DNA from: Candidatus Latescibacterota bacterium
Lineage (GTDB): Bacteria > Latescibacterota > UBA2968 > UBA8231
Direction of reading: 5' to 3'
NCBI GenBank assembly: GCA_965208105.1
Contig: OZ242318.1
Location: 1,792,001-1,856,000, forward strand
DNA: 64,000 nucleotides
Shown: positions 21,785-31,608 of the stretch, piece by piece
Numbering within the stretch: the first letter of the stretch is position 1
Layout of the letters: the number at the start of each line of letters is the position of its first letter
Program-made: the position numbers and the translations under genes
Notes under the pieces: generated by a model
Told to the model about the DNA's origin: nothing
Databases searched by the model: none
The model's input: the letters and a program-made list of their open reading frames with translations, nothing else

Positions 21785-23248
21785 ATGAGCGCGACCGCAG
21801 GCATCGAAGAACTCGCCTCGCGCGAATACAAGTACGGTTTCGTCACCGATATCGAGGCAGACTCCGCCCCGCCCGGTTTGAACGAAGAAACCATCCGCTT
21901 TATTTCAGCGAAAAAAAACGAGCCCGAATTCATGCTGGAGTGGCGTCTCAAGGCTTACCGCCAATGGCTGAAGATGGTGGATCCCACCCGCAGGAAATCC
22001 AGTGAGCGATGGGCGAAAGTCGACTACCCGGACATCGATTATCAAAGTATCGTCTACTACTCTGCCCCTGTTCAAAAGAAGGGGCCCGAGAGCCTGGACG
22101 AGGTCGACCCGGAACTCCTTTCCACATACGAAAAACTGGGCATCCCCCTCGAAGAGCAGAAGATGCTGGCAGGCGTCGCCGTGGATGCCGTATTCGACAG
22201 CGTATCCGTGGCAACCACCTTCAAGGATAAGTTGTCCGAACTGGGCATCGTCTTCTGCTCGTTCTCCGAGGCGGTACAGGACCATCCCGACCTGGTGCGG
22301 AAGTACCTGGGCTCGGTCGTCCCCTACAACGACAACTTCTTCGCCGCTCTGAACTCGGCCGTATTCAGCGACGGCTCTTTCGTGTACGTCCCCAGGGGCG
22401 TGCGCTGCCCCATGGAGCTTTCCACCTACTTCCGCATCAATGCCGCCAACACCGGCCAGTTCGAGCGCACTCTGATCATCGCCGAAGAGGGTGCCTATGT
22501 ATCCTACCTGGAAGGTTGCACCGCTCCCATGCGCGACGAGAACCAGCTTCACGCGGCGGTTGTGGAACTGGTCGCCCTGGAAAACGCCCAGATAAAGTAC
22601 TCGACCGTCCAGAACTGGTACCCGGGCGACGAGAACGGAGTCGGAGGGATCTATAATTTCGTCACCAAGCGCGGCGCCTGCCGCGGCCCCCGCGCCAAAA
22701 TTTCCTGGACCCAGGTCGAGACCGGCTCGGCCATCACCTGGAAATACCCCAGCTGCATCCTCCAGGGGGACCACTCGGTCGGCGAGTTCTACTCGGTAGC
22801 CCTCACCTCCGGCCGGCAGCAGGCCGATACCGGCACCAAGATGATCCACATCGGCAAGAACACGAGCAGCACCATCGTGTCCAAAGGGATTTCCGCCGGC
22901 CGTGGCCAGAACACCTATCGCGGCCAGGTGAACGTCCTCGGGAAAGCGGCCAATGCGCGCAACTTCACCCAGTGCGATTCCATGCTCATCGGCGACCGCT
23001 GCGGGGCCCACACGTTTCCCTACATCGACGTGAAGAACAACAGCGCCCAGGTGGAACACGAAGCTTCCACCTCCAAGATCGGCGAGGATCAGATCTTCTA
23101 CTGCAACCAGCGCGGCATTTCGACCGAGGACGCGGTGGCCATGATCGTCAACGGGTTCTGCAAGGAAGTCCTCGCCGAACTGCCCATGGAGTTTGCCGTT
23201 GAGGCCCAGAAGCTCCTGGGCATCAGCCTCGAGGGCAGCGTCGGTTAG
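21785..23248 (+). CDS. sufB: Fe-S cluster assembly protein SufB
   Basis: 'YKYGF', '[10 protein letters not shown]', 'GQFERTLI', '[10 protein letters not shown]', '[10 protein letters not shown]', 'LEGSVG'. Start moved to the ATG at 21785. Confidence 0.98.
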   Translation: MSATAGIEELASREYKYGFVTDIEADSAPPGLNEETIRFISAKKNEPEFMLEWRLKAYRQWLKMVDPTRRKSSERWAKVDYPDIDYQSIVYYSAPVQKKGPESLDEVDPELLSTYEKLGIPLEEQKMLAGVAVDAVFDSVSVATTFKDKLSELGIVFCSFSEAVQDHPDLVRKYLGSVVPYNDNFFAALNSAVFSDGSFVYVPRGVRCPMELSTYFRINAANTGQFERTLIIAEEGAYVSYLEGCTAPMRDENQLHAAVVELVALENAQIKYSTVQNWYPGDENGVGGIYNFVTKRGACRGPRAKISWTQVETGSAITWKYPSCILQGDHSVGEFYSVALTSGRQQADTGTKMIHIGKNTSSTIVSKGISAGRGQNTYRGQVNVLGKAANARNFTQCDSMLIGDRCGAHTFPYIDVKNNSAQVEHEASTSKIGEDQIFYCNQRGISTEDAVAMIVNGFCKEVLAELPMEFAVEAQKLLGISLEGSVG

Positions 23249-23469
23249 GAGATTCCATGGACAACGGCCAAAAGGGGCAATCACCGGAGCCGATTATTCC
23301 CATGCGACTGCATGTGCCAAGCGCAAAGGCCGAAGATGGTGTAATTCGCGCTGGAGAAGGCAGGAGAGGAAGCATGGAAAAAAACAGCCACATCCCGCCC
23401 GCGATTCTCGGCGCCTTGACCCGCAGGGAATCATAGGCAGGCCACCGGGAGAAAGGAATCCCAAGCACC

Positions 23470-24231
23470 ATGTTGCGCATCAAGAACCTGCACGTCCGCG
23501 TCGAAGACACCGATATCCTGCGCGGCATCGACCTCGAGGTCAATCCGGGAGAAATCCACGCCGTCATGGGTCCCAACGGCTCAGGCAAAAGCACCCTCGC
23601 CCAGGTTCTGGCCGGATGCGAGGACTACGAGGTTACCGCCGGCGATGCTCTCTTCGACGGGCGGGACCTGCTGGAAATGGACCCCGAAGAACGGGCCCGC
23701 GAAGGCCTCTTCATGGCCTTCCAGTATCCTGTTGAGATTCCGGGGGTCAACAGTGCCTACTTTCTGCGCACGGGACTCAACGAGATCCGACGGCACCGGG
23801 GCGAGGAAGAGATGGACGCCATGGACTTCCTCGGCCTGATCAAGGAAAAAATGGAACTGGTGGAAATGGACGAAAGCTTTCTCAAGCGTCCGGTCAACGA
23901 GGGATTTTCCGGAGGCGAAAAGAAGCGCCACGAAATCCTCCAGCTGGCCGTGCTCAGCCCCAGGCTGGCCATCCTCGACGAGACCGACTCGGGGCTCGAC
24001 ATCGACGCTCTCAAGGTCGTAGCCAGGGGCGTCAACAGGCTCCATACCGCCGAAAACAGCGTGGTCATCGTGACCCACTACCAGCGCCTGCTGAACTACA
24101 TCGTCCCCGATTACATCCATGTCCTGGTCGACGGACGCATTGTCAGGTCGGGAGGAAAGGACCTGGCCCTCGAGCTCGAAGAGAAAGGCTACGACTGGGT
24201 CAGGCGGGACGCAGAGGTATTGAAAGCATGA
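23470..24231 (+). CDS. sufC: Fe-S cluster assembly ATPase SufC
   Basis: 'GPNGSGKST', 'FQYPVEIPGV', 'GFSGGEKKR', 'LDETDSGLDIDAL'. Confidence 0.98.
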   Translation: MLRIKNLHVRVEDTDILRGIDLEVNPGEIHAVMGPNGSGKSTLAQVLAGCEDYEVTAGDALFDGRDLLEMDPEERAREGLFMAFQYPVEIPGVNSAYFLRTGLNEIRRHRGEEEMDAMDFLGLIKEKMELVEMDESFLKRPVNEGFSGGEKKRHEILQLAVLSPRLAILDETDSGLDIDALKVVARGVNRLHTAENSVVIVTHYQRLLNYIVPDYIHVLVDGRIVRSGGKDLALELEEKGYDWVRRDAEVLKA

Positions 24232-25571
24232 GAGACCTGGCAAAAGCCGAAGATGCCGACAAGAGGGACTGGTACCTTTCGAGGTTTGCGGGATTCGAGA
24301 AGGATCTCAACGGCGGATCTCCGGCACCTGTCCACACCCTTCGCCAGGCGGCCATGCAGTCCTTCGCAGAGTCCGGCTTTCCCACCAGCCGCGACGAGGA
24401 TTGGCGCCACACCAACACCTCCGCGCTCACCCGGATAGACTTCCATCCGGTACTCCACAAGGCTTCCTCCTCCCCGAACACTGCAGACCTCGAACCATTC
24501 ACTTTCGCGGACTTGAAGTGCAACCAAATGGTATTCGTCAACGGCCATTACTCGCCGGTGCTGTCCACTTCCGCCCCTCTTCCGGAAGGAGTGCGAGCCA
24601 CCAGCCTCGCCAAAGCACTCGCGGAGGACCGGGAGCTCGTGTTGACCCACCTGGGCCGGTATACCTCGTTCAGGGAGCAGGGATTTGCTTCCCTCAACAC
24701 CGCTTTCCTGCAGGACGGCGCCTTTCTCTTCGTTCCCGAAAACACCGCGGTAGCCGATCCAATCCATTTGCTGTTTTACTCGACTCCGGGGAGTGACCCC
24801 ACCGTCTCCCACCCGCGCAACCTGATCGTCGTCGGCGCCAACAGCGAGGTGAGGGTAATCGAAAGCTACGCGGGCACGGGAAACCGGCCATACCTGACCA
24901 ATGCGGTGAGCGAGGTCGTAGCTGGAGAAAACGCCTCGGTCGACCATTGCAAAATCGCGAGAGAAAGCGCCTCGGCCTTCCACGTGGCGGCGCTGCACGT
25001 GGTGGAAGAAAGAAGTTGCAGTTTCACCTCTCACAACCTGGTCCTGGGCGGCCGCCTTACCCGCAACGATATCACCACCGTACTCAACGGCGAGGGCGTT
25101 GAGTCCACCCTCAACGGACTCTACCTGGCCGATGGGAAAGGGCACGTGGACAACCATACCCTGATCGAGCATGTCCGTCCCAACTGCAGCAGCCACGAGC
25201 TGTACAAGGGAGTCCTCGACGGCGCCTCCAGGGGGGTCTTTCGCGGCAAGATCCTCGTGCATCAGGAAGCGCAGAAGACCGACGCCTATCAGTCCAATCA
25301 GAACCTGCTGCTCTCCCGGGAAGCCGACGTGACTTCCAAGCCGCAGTTGGAAATCTACGCCGACGACGTCAAGTGCAGCCACGGCTCCACAACTGGCCGG
25401 CTCGACCCGGACGCCATCTTCTACCTCCGCTCTCGAGGTATCGGCCTCCAGGATGCAGCATCCTTATTGACTCGTGCTTTCGCCGCCGAGGTGCTCGCCC
25501 GCATCGATATCGAGCCCGTGCGCGCCCGGCTGGATCGCCTGGTAGAAGCCAAACTCGGATCCGCACGCTGA
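24228..25571 (+). CDS. sufD: Fe-S cluster assembly protein SufD
   Basis: 'FPT.RDEDWRHT', 'F.GKI.V...AQKTD', 'KPQLEIYADDVKCSHG'. Confidence 0.97.
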   Translation: MRDLAKAEDADKRDWYLSRFAGFEKDLNGGSPAPVHTLRQAAMQSFAESGFPTSRDEDWRHTNTSALTRIDFHPVLHKASSSPNTADLEPFTFADLKCNQMVFVNGHYSPVLSTSAPLPEGVRATSLAKALAEDRELVLTHLGRYTSFREQGFASLNTAFLQDGAFLFVPENTAVADPIHLLFYSTPGSDPTVSHPRNLIVVGANSEVRVIESYAGTGNRPYLTNAVSEVVAGENASVDHCKIARESASAFHVAALHVVEERSCSFTSHNLVLGGRLTRNDITTVLNGEGVESTLNGLYLADGKGHVDNHTLIEHVRPNCSSHELYKGVLDGASRGVFRGKILVHQEAQKTDAYQSNQNLLLSREADVTSKPQLEIYADDVKCSHGSTTGRLDPDAIFYLRSRGIGLQDAASLLTRAFAAEVLARIDIEPVRARLDRLVEAKLGSAR

Positions 25572-25585
25572 GCTGGGAGAGAGGA

Positions 25586-26854
25586 ATGCCGGCAAGCCAA
25601 CCCGCACTGACCCCAGCTCCTGAGCAGCCATCGGCTCCACTTGATGTGGAGCTCCTGCGCCAGGATTTTCCAATCCTGCGGCAACCCGTCCGCGGCAAGT
25701 CCCTTGCCTATCTCGACAACGCGGCAACGACCCAGAAACCGCAAGCGGTGATCGATGCCCTTGCCCGCTACTACTCCGAAGAGAACGCCAACATCCACCG
25801 CGGCGTTCACTTTCTGAGCCAGCAGGCGACCTTCGCCTACGAGCGCGCCAGAGGACGGGTATCGCTCTTTCTCAACGCCGCCGAGAGCAGCGAAATCATC
25901 TTCGTGAGGGGCGCCACCGAGGGCATCAACCTCGTTGCCCAGACCCTCGGCAGACAGAGCATAGGAGCCGGAGACGAGATAATTGTCTCGCACCTCGAGC
26001 ACCATTCGAATATCGTGCCCTGGCAGCAGCTTTGCGAGGAGAGGGGCGCCGTTTTGAAGGTAGCACCCATCGATGACAAAGGTGAATTTGCGCTCGACGA
26101 CTACGAGAGGCTCCTCAACGGCCGCACCCGCCTGGTAGCCGTTGCCCATGCCTCCAACGCACTGGGAACCATTGTCCCGGTTGAACGAATCATCGACCTT
26201 GCCCACGCCCGTGGAGTGCCGGTCCTGGTCGATGGTGCTCAGGGAGCGCCGCACCTTCCCGTCGATGTCCGCGCAATGAACTGCGATTTCTACGTCTTCT
26301 CCGGGCACAAGCTCTTCGGCCCAACGGGTATCGGCGTTCTCTACGGCAAGAAGGAACACCTCGAAGCCATGCCCCCATACCAGGGCGGCGGGTCCATGAT
26401 CCAAAGCGTAACCTTTGAAAAGACCACCTTCGCGGAGCTGCCGAACAAATTCGAAGCCGGCACCCCCCACATCGCCGGCGCGATCGGTCTGGAGGCGGCC
26501 ATCGATTACGTCAACAATGTGGGGATGGAAAGGATCGCTGCCTACGAAGCCGACCTGCTTCACTATGCTCACCAAACCCTGGCGCAAATCGAGGGCCTGC
26601 GCCTCGTCGGCACCGCGGCGAAAAAGGTCGGAGTCATTTCCTTTGTCATGAGGGACGCTCACGCCCACGACATCGGCACCATCCTGGACACGGAGGGGGT
26701 GGCAATCCGCAGCGGGCACCACTGTGCCCAACCGCTGATGCGTCGCTATGGCCTGGCCGCCACCGTCCGCGCATCGCTTGCATTCTACAACACCCGCGAA
26801 GAAGTCGACGCCCTTGGCGCGGCTCTCCACAAAGTCTCCGAGGTATTCAACTGA
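25586..26854 (+). CDS. sufS: Cysteine desulfurase SufS
   Basis: 'YLDNAATTQKP', 'EHHSN', PLP Lys 'SGHK', 'RSGHHCAQP'. Start moved to the ATG at 25586 after GAGGA. Confidence 0.97.
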   Translation: MPASQPALTPAPEQPSAPLDVELLRQDFPILRQPVRGKSLAYLDNAATTQKPQAVIDALARYYSEENANIHRGVHFLSQQATFAYERARGRVSLFLNAAESSEIIFVRGATEGINLVAQTLGRQSIGAGDEIIVSHLEHHSNIVPWQQLCEERGAVLKVAPIDDKGEFALDDYERLLNGRTRLVAVAHASNALGTIVPVERIIDLAHARGVPVLVDGAQGAPHLPVDVRAMNCDFYVFSGHKLFGPTGIGVLYGKKEHLEAMPPYQGGGSMIQSVTFEKTTFAELPNKFEAGTPHIAGAIGLEAAIDYVNNVGMERIAAYEADLLHYAHQTLAQIEGLRLVGTAAKKVGVISFVMRDAHAHDIGTILDTEGVAIRSGHHCAQPLMRRYGLAATVRASLAFYNTREEVDALGAALHKVSEVFN

Positions 26855-27309
26855 TGTCAGACCTCCGCGAACTCTACCAGCAAGTCATTCTCGACCACAA
26901 CAAGAACCCGCGCAACTTCGGAAAACTGGAGGGCGCCAACCGCGTCCAGGAAGGACACAATCCACTCTGCGGCGATCACCTCCACGTCTACCTCTACCTG
27001 AGCGACGACCAGATAATCGAGGACATCCGCTTCGAAGGGTCGGGTTGTGCAATATCCAAAGCCTCGGCTTCTCTGATGAGTTCGACCCTGAAGGGGAAGA
27101 GTGCCGATCACGCACATGAAGTCTTCGACCGATTCCATGCTCTGGTCACCGCCGGCGAGGACAAAACTGTAGACCTGGAAAAAATGGGCAAATTGGCCGT
27201 ATTTTCCGGCGTGCGCGATTTTCCCACCCGGGTCAAATGCGCCACTTTGGCCTGGCATACAATGAAGGCCGCCCTCGAAGAAGGAGATTCCACCATTACC
27301 ACGGAATGA
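26854..27309 (+). CDS. sufU: SUF system sulfur-transfer protein SufU
   Basis: 'LYQQVILDH.K.PRN', 'NPLCGD', 'GCAIS.AS', 'P.RVKCATL.W'. Confidence 0.95.
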   Translation: MSDLRELYQQVILDHNKNPRNFGKLEGANRVQEGHNPLCGDHLHVYLYLSDDQIIEDIRFEGSGCAISKASASLMSSTLKGKSADHAHEVFDRFHALVTAGEDKTVDLEKMGKLAVFSGVRDFPTRVKCATLAWHTMKAALEEGDSTITTE

Positions 27310-27322
27310 GAGGAGACAATCT

Positions 27323-27649
27323 GTGCAAGACACCTATCCTCCCGACAGCCTTGAGGCTCAGGTGGTCGATGTTCTGAAGACTTGCTACGATCCGGAAATT
27401 CCCGTCGACATCTACGAGCTGGGCCTGATCTACAAAATCGAAGCCCCCTCGGAGGACCACGTGGATGTCACCATGACCCTTACCTCGCCTGCGTGTCCCG
27501 TGGCCGGATCCTTGCCTCCCGAGGTCCAGCAGAAGATCGAGGAGGCAATCCCCGCCGTTGAGAAGGCAAGTGTAGAGGTTGTCTGGGATCCTCCTTGGAA
27601 TCCCGATATGATGTCCGATGCGGCCAAACTCGAACTAGGTATGATGTAA
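27323..27649 (+). CDS. sufT: DUF59/SufT Fe-S assembly protein
   Basis: 'YDPEIPVDIYELGLIY', 'MTLTSP.CPVA', 'WDPPW..DMMS..AKLELG'. Confidence 0.9.
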   Translation: MQDTYPPDSLEAQVVDVLKTCYDPEIPVDIYELGLIYKIEAPSEDHVDVTMTLTSPACPVAGSLPPEVQQKIEEAIPAVEKASVEVVWDPPWNPDMMSDAAKLELGMM

Positions 27650-27650
27650 T

Positions 27651-28133
27651 ATGAAACTCAGCGCCCAAGAAGAATACGGACTCCGCTGCCTGCTCCAGTT
27701 GGCAAGCTGCGAGCCGAGGCAGAGCCTCACCATTCCGGAAATCGGCCAACTCGAAGGCATCTCCTACCACAATGTCGCCAAACTCCTTCGCATTTTGCGT
27801 CAGGCAGGATTCGTGGAAAGCGTCCGCGGCCAACACGGTGGTTACACCCTGGCCCTTCCCTCCGGCCGAATCGTCATTGGCGAAGTCCTCGCCGTACTGG
27901 GCGGTCGTCTCTATGAACCAGGGTTTTGCGACCACTTCACCGGCAGCGAGGAATGCTGCCAGCATTCGTCTACGGAATGTTCCGTTCGTGCCTTATGGGG
28001 AAGAGTCCAACAGGCAGTAGACCAGGTGCTGCGTCGAACGACTTTGAATGACTTGCTTTACAGCGACGGGGATATTCGAGCAGGTTCGCCTTCGGAGGTT
28101 AGCGGTAACTTGCTGGACATTTCGAACCGGTAA
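27651..28133 (+). CDS. Rrf2 family transcriptional regulator with Cys-rich C-terminal region
   Basis: 'EEYGLRCL..LA', 'V.S.RG..GGY.L', Cys cluster 'FCDHF...ECCQH...ECSV'. Last gene of the suf operon. Confidence 0.92.
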   Translation: MKLSAQEEYGLRCLLQLASCEPRQSLTIPEIGQLEGISYHNVAKLLRILRQAGFVESVRGQHGGYTLALPSGRIVIGEVLAVLGGRLYEPGFCDHFTGSEECCQHSSTECSVRALWGRVQQAVDQVLRRTTLNDLLYSDGDIRAGSPSEVSGNLLDISNR

Positions 28134-28150
28134 GTAATTTCCACGTGGTC

Positions 28151-28186
28151 AAAAGGCCCCGCCGATCTTTTTCGGCGGGGCCTTTT
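28151..28186. terminator. Rho-independent terminator after the suf operon
   Basis: AAAAGGCCCCGCCGA-tcttt-TCGGCGGGGCCTTTT perfect hairpin with T/A tails. Confidence 0.9.
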
Positions 28187-28371
28187 GTATTAAATGGCGT
28201 CAACCCGAATTCACAGGGAAAGGCCACTGATTATACCTGAAAGAAGTTGAATTTTTCTTGCTTGAAAAATTAAGATTGGTTATTTTTGCGGAACGAGATG
28301 ACAGTTCGTTGAGGACCAGGAGGACCAAACGAATTTTCATCCAATTTTCCAAAGGAGAGAGGAGAATTTTC

Positions 28372-28662
28372 ATGGCAAAAAAGAAAAAGGCCGCCGCCAA
28401 GAAGAAGGCCGCTCCGAAGAAGAAGGCCGCCGCCAAGAAGAAGGCCGCTCCAAAGAAGAAAGCCGCCGCTAAGAAGAAGGCCGCTCCAAAGAAGAAGACC
28501 GCCGCTAAGAAGAAAGCCGCTCCAAAGAAGAAAGCCGCCGCCAAGAAGAAGGCCGCTCCAAAGAAGAAGACCGCCGCTAAGAAGAAGGCCGCTCCAAAGA
28601 AGAAAGCCGCCGCCAAGAAGAAGGCCGCTCCAAAGAAAAAGGCCGCCGCCAAGAAAAAATAG
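28372..28662 (+). CDS. Histone H1-like Lys/Ala/Pro repeat basic protein (96 aa)
   Basis: ATG at 28372 after GAGGAG. MAK followed by 15 hexamers KKKAAA/KKKAAP/KKKTAA and KKK. Synonymous codon variation between repeats. Flanked by terminators. Confidence 0.85.
   Translation: MAKKKKAAAKKKAAPKKKAAAKKKAAPKKKAAAKKKAAPKKKTAAKKKAAPKKKAAAKKKAAPKKKTAAKKKAAPKKKAAAKKKAAPKKKAAAKKK
28381..28659 (+). repeat. 18-bp tandem repeat (AAGAAGAAGGCCGCCGCC-like) encoding the H1-like protein
   Basis: About 15 degenerate 18-bp units visible directly. Confidence 0.9.
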
Positions 28663-28723
28663 GGCTTTGGATGAAACAGGCGGAAAGGCAGATTTGAATT
28701 TCCTTCGGCCTGCAATCCCTATC

Positions 28724-28770
28724 AAAGGAAAGAGCGCCAGAATTATCTATTCTGGCGCTCTTTCCTTTTT
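28724..28770. terminator. Bidirectional rho-independent terminator between the H1-like gene and nadE
   Basis: AAAGGAAAGAGCGCCAGAAT-loop-ATTCTGGCGCTCTTTCCTTTTT between convergent genes. Confidence 0.88.
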
Positions 28771-28794
28771 CAATCCAATCCTTCCATTCCCAAC

Positions 28795-30708
28795 CTATAT
28801 TGCCAGGCCGAGCACCTTCTTCTTCAGGCTATTGTAGATCCTGGGAACATATGCCGGCAACTGGGTTTCGCGCAGATCAAAACCAAAAGCGCGTTTGCTC
28901 AACACTATGACAGGAGGAGCCTGAACGCGCTTGAAGTAGTTTATCCGCACCTGTTCATCCACCCACTCCAGGTCTTCGGTCCAGCTCCTTGTGTCGGGGA
29001 AATAGGACCTCCAGCTTTCCCTGTCGTCCCAGCCCAGCCGCTCGAAAAGTTCTCCGGCGACGAACCACCGCAGAAAATCAACGGGATGCCTGCGGTATTC
29101 GATCATTTGTCTCAGCACCGCATCGTGGTACCCGTATTTGATGGGGTCTCCCCATCCCTTGTTGACATCCTGATCAGCGGACAGCTCCGCGCTGGGCACT
29201 GTCGCACCGCTGATCAGATTGGCCGGGATCACCTCGCGGCCGAAGACGCGCTCATTGAGATATTCGGCCAGTTCTATCACCTGGACCTTGTAGAGATCGG
29301 CAATCGGAGCTACGGCGCCGTTTACATCGCCGTAGAGCGTGGCATAGCCCAGGGCCGTCTCGGTTTTGTTCCCGTTGTTGGTGAAGATCAACCCGTACTT
29401 GGCCGCCAGACCAGAAAGAATATCCGAAAACCTGATGCGGTTCTGAATGTTCTCGTCCACCAACCGGGTATAGGTTCCCTGCCCCCGGGAAAATTCAGTC
29501 CCCTTTATTCTTGAAGACACCTGCTCGTAAAGATCCTGAATCGACGAACTGATATAATCTACGCCGAGCTCGGCGCAAACTCTTCTTGCGTTCTCCTGTG
29601 TGATGGTGGCGTTGAAGCGGGTGGGCATATTGACGGCAAATACTCGTTCGGGACCAAAGGCCCGAACCAGCATGCAGACCACTGTGCTCGAATCGATTCC
29701 ACCGCTGACCGCAATGAGAAACTTGTTCTCCCGACCGCGAATGTAGTCCAGGTGGCGCAGGCCGGCCAGGATGGCCTTGTAGACCGACTCGACCTCGCTT
29801 CCTGTGTCCGGGACCGGCTTGGCCCCCCCTGGAAAGATCATCTCCTCCTTCCAGGGCCGGGCTCGTTGAACGATCTCCCCCTTGGCGTCATATGCAGTGG
29901 TATCCCCGTCAAAAACAATGATGTTCTTTCCGTTGTTCTGCGCCCCCACGTGATTGACATAGAACAACGGCAGGGGCGACCTCTGCAAGATCCTGCGCAC
30001 GACTCGATTGCGCTTGTCGTTCTTCTGCCAGGTCCACGGCGACGACGACAGGTTGAACACCGCCTGCGCCCCGCGCTCGCGATAGACCTTCAGAGTATCC
30101 AGAATGTCATGTCCCCAGCGATAGTCCTGGCACCAGATGTCCTCGCATAGCTGCACGCCGAATTTAAATTGGCCGCCGCTGCGGCGTTGTATCTCGAAGG
30201 GAATCATCCAGTCGTACACGGAACGTCCCTGTTCCTGGGCCAGCTTGCGCACGGAGTAGAAATGGCGGTCGTCGTCGAAGAACCGGTAGTTGGGATGCAG
30301 AGTCTTGGGCTGTATGCCCGGAGCCAAATCTCCCGGGATACCCGGCCTGCGCAGGAAACACCGGTCCGAGCACACGTAGACTGCATTGTACTTGCGGAAA
30401 CGTCCGTCCTCGCCAATCTGATTGCGGTCCACCGCAATGTTTCCGAATACCACGGTCAATCCCGCGCTGGCCTTGCGAATAACATCGCTGTAGGCCGCAT
30501 AGTCCTCGACCAGCGCCTCCATTTCCCAGAGATCTCCAAGGATGTAGCCGCTTATGCACAGTTCAGGGAAGACCACGATTTCCGCCGCCTCCCGGCGAGC
30601 GGCGTGGATGAACTCCTCCATCCTGGCAACGTTCAGGTCAGGACGGCCGGGCAGCACATCCATCTGCACCAAGGCAACTCTGGGAAGATCGTCAAACGCC
30701 ATATTCAC
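28795..30708 (-). CDS. nadE: Glutamine-dependent NAD+ synthetase
   Basis: N-terminal nitrilase domain (FPEL, K..HPNY, LCEDIW triad), synthetase 'SGGIDS', 'ENIQNR.R', 'GNKTE...GYATLYGD', 'PSAEL...Q.D'. Confidence 0.95.
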   Translation of the reverse strand: MNMAFDDLPRVALVQMDVLPGRPDLNVARMEEFIHAARREAAEIVVFPELCISGYILGDLWEMEALVEDYAAYSDVIRKASAGLTVVFGNIAVDRNQIGEDGRFRKYNAVYVCSDRCFLRRPGIPGDLAPGIQPKTLHPNYRFFDDDRHFYSVRKLAQEQGRSVYDWMIPFEIQRRSGGQFKFGVQLCEDIWCQDYRWGHDILDTLKVYRERGAQAVFNLSSSPWTWQKNDKRNRVVRRILQRSPLPLFYVNHVGAQNNGKNIIVFDGDTTAYDAKGEIVQRARPWKEEMIFPGGAKPVPDTGSEVESVYKAILAGLRHLDYIRGRENKFLIAVSGGIDSSTVVCMLVRAFGPERVFAVNMPTRFNATITQENARRVCAELGVDYISSSIQDLYEQVSSRIKGTEFSRGQGTYTRLVDENIQNRIRFSDILSGLAAKYGLIFTNNGNKTETALGYATLYGDVNGAVAPIADLYKVQVIELAEYLNERVFGREVIPANLISGATVPSAELSADQDVNKGWGDPIKYGYHDAVLRQMIEYRRHPVDFLRWFVAGELFERLGWDDRESWRSYFPDTRSWTEDLEWVDEQVRINYFKRVQAPPVIVLSKRAFGFDLRETQLPAYVPRIYNSLKKKVLGLAI

Positions 30709-30979
30709 TTCCTTTGTCCCGCGGTCACCCGAAACTCGCTCCCTGCCCGTGGCCGCCGAAGCAGGGCTGAAGAATTTTCAATCGGCCGCGGCATCCTTCC
30801 GAATATAAAAAACCATCATCCTGACCGATGGAAGGAAATTCTATGGATGAAAACCTATTCATATCTTCTGTGGCACTCAATCACCCAGGCATTATCTTAT
30901 TTAGTCGGTAGCGAACACTTCACACCGGCCTGAATTCGCCTATTCCCAGCCCCACCATCCAGTCAAACAAGGAGATGTC

Positions 30980-31558
30980 ATGAAACGGTCCATTCTGTTC
31001 ACGGTGATCCCATGCTTGTTCGCCCTCGCCGGCCCGCTGCACGGCGAGTTGAAACTGGGATACATCAACTCGAATATCCTCAAGGAAAGGTTGCCCGAAT
31101 TCAGGGATGCCCAACGCCAATTCGACCAACTGCGGCAGCAGTACGAGCGCGAAATCGGCGACCGCCAGAGTAAACTTCTCAAAATGCAGGAAGACTTTCA
31201 AAAACAGGAACTGCTGATGAGCGAGTCCAGAAAGGCTGAACTGCGCGCCGAGTTCGAGGAGAAGAGGATGCAGTTGCTGGAGTTCGAGGCGAAGAAAATG
31301 GGTCCGGAGGGAGAGCTGGTGCAGAAAAACATGGAGTTGTCCGCTCCCATCTTCGAGTGGATCAACGAAAGTCTTCAGGATATGGGCAAAGAGGAAGACT
31401 ACGATTTCATCTTCGATGTGGGCGGAACCGGTGCCATAGTCTACGTAGCCGAGGAAAAATACGACCTCACGGAACAACTGCTCGACCGCCTCGACGAATC
31501 CCGCGCCTCCAGGGACCAGGGAGAAGCCGAGGAGACCGAAGACGGTGGAGAAGAATGA
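30980..31558 (+). CDS. skp: OmpH/Skp periplasmic chaperone
   Basis: Signal peptide, 'KLGYINS..L', coiled coil, 'YDFIFD', 'DLT..LL..L'. Confidence 0.88.
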   Translation: MKRSILFTVIPCLFALAGPLHGELKLGYINSNILKERLPEFRDAQRQFDQLRQQYEREIGDRQSKLLKMQEDFQKQELLMSESRKAELRAEFEEKRMQLLEFEAKKMGPEGELVQKNMELSAPIFEWINESLQDMGKEEDYDFIFDVGGTGAIVYVAEEKYDLTEQLLDRLDESRASRDQGEAEETEDGGEE

Positions 31559-31608
31559 AAATCCGTCATTGAGGACAGGCTTCCCTCCAGCCGGGGATCG
31601 AGGATCGG

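Noticed and set aside
21905-26830. Long minus-strand ORFs (459, 397 and 469 aa) opposite the suf genes
   Set aside because: Antisense shadows of unambiguous sufB, sufD and sufS.
28381-28659. Tandem repeat considered as a CRISPR array
   Set aside because: Contiguous 18-bp coding repeats with no unique spacers, and no cas genes.
28200-28725. Minus-strand ORFs with FFLAAAFFFGAA or LLLSGG repeats resembling membrane proteins
   Set aside because: Reverse-complement reading of the Lys/Ala repeat gene. The plus strand has the RBS and terminators.
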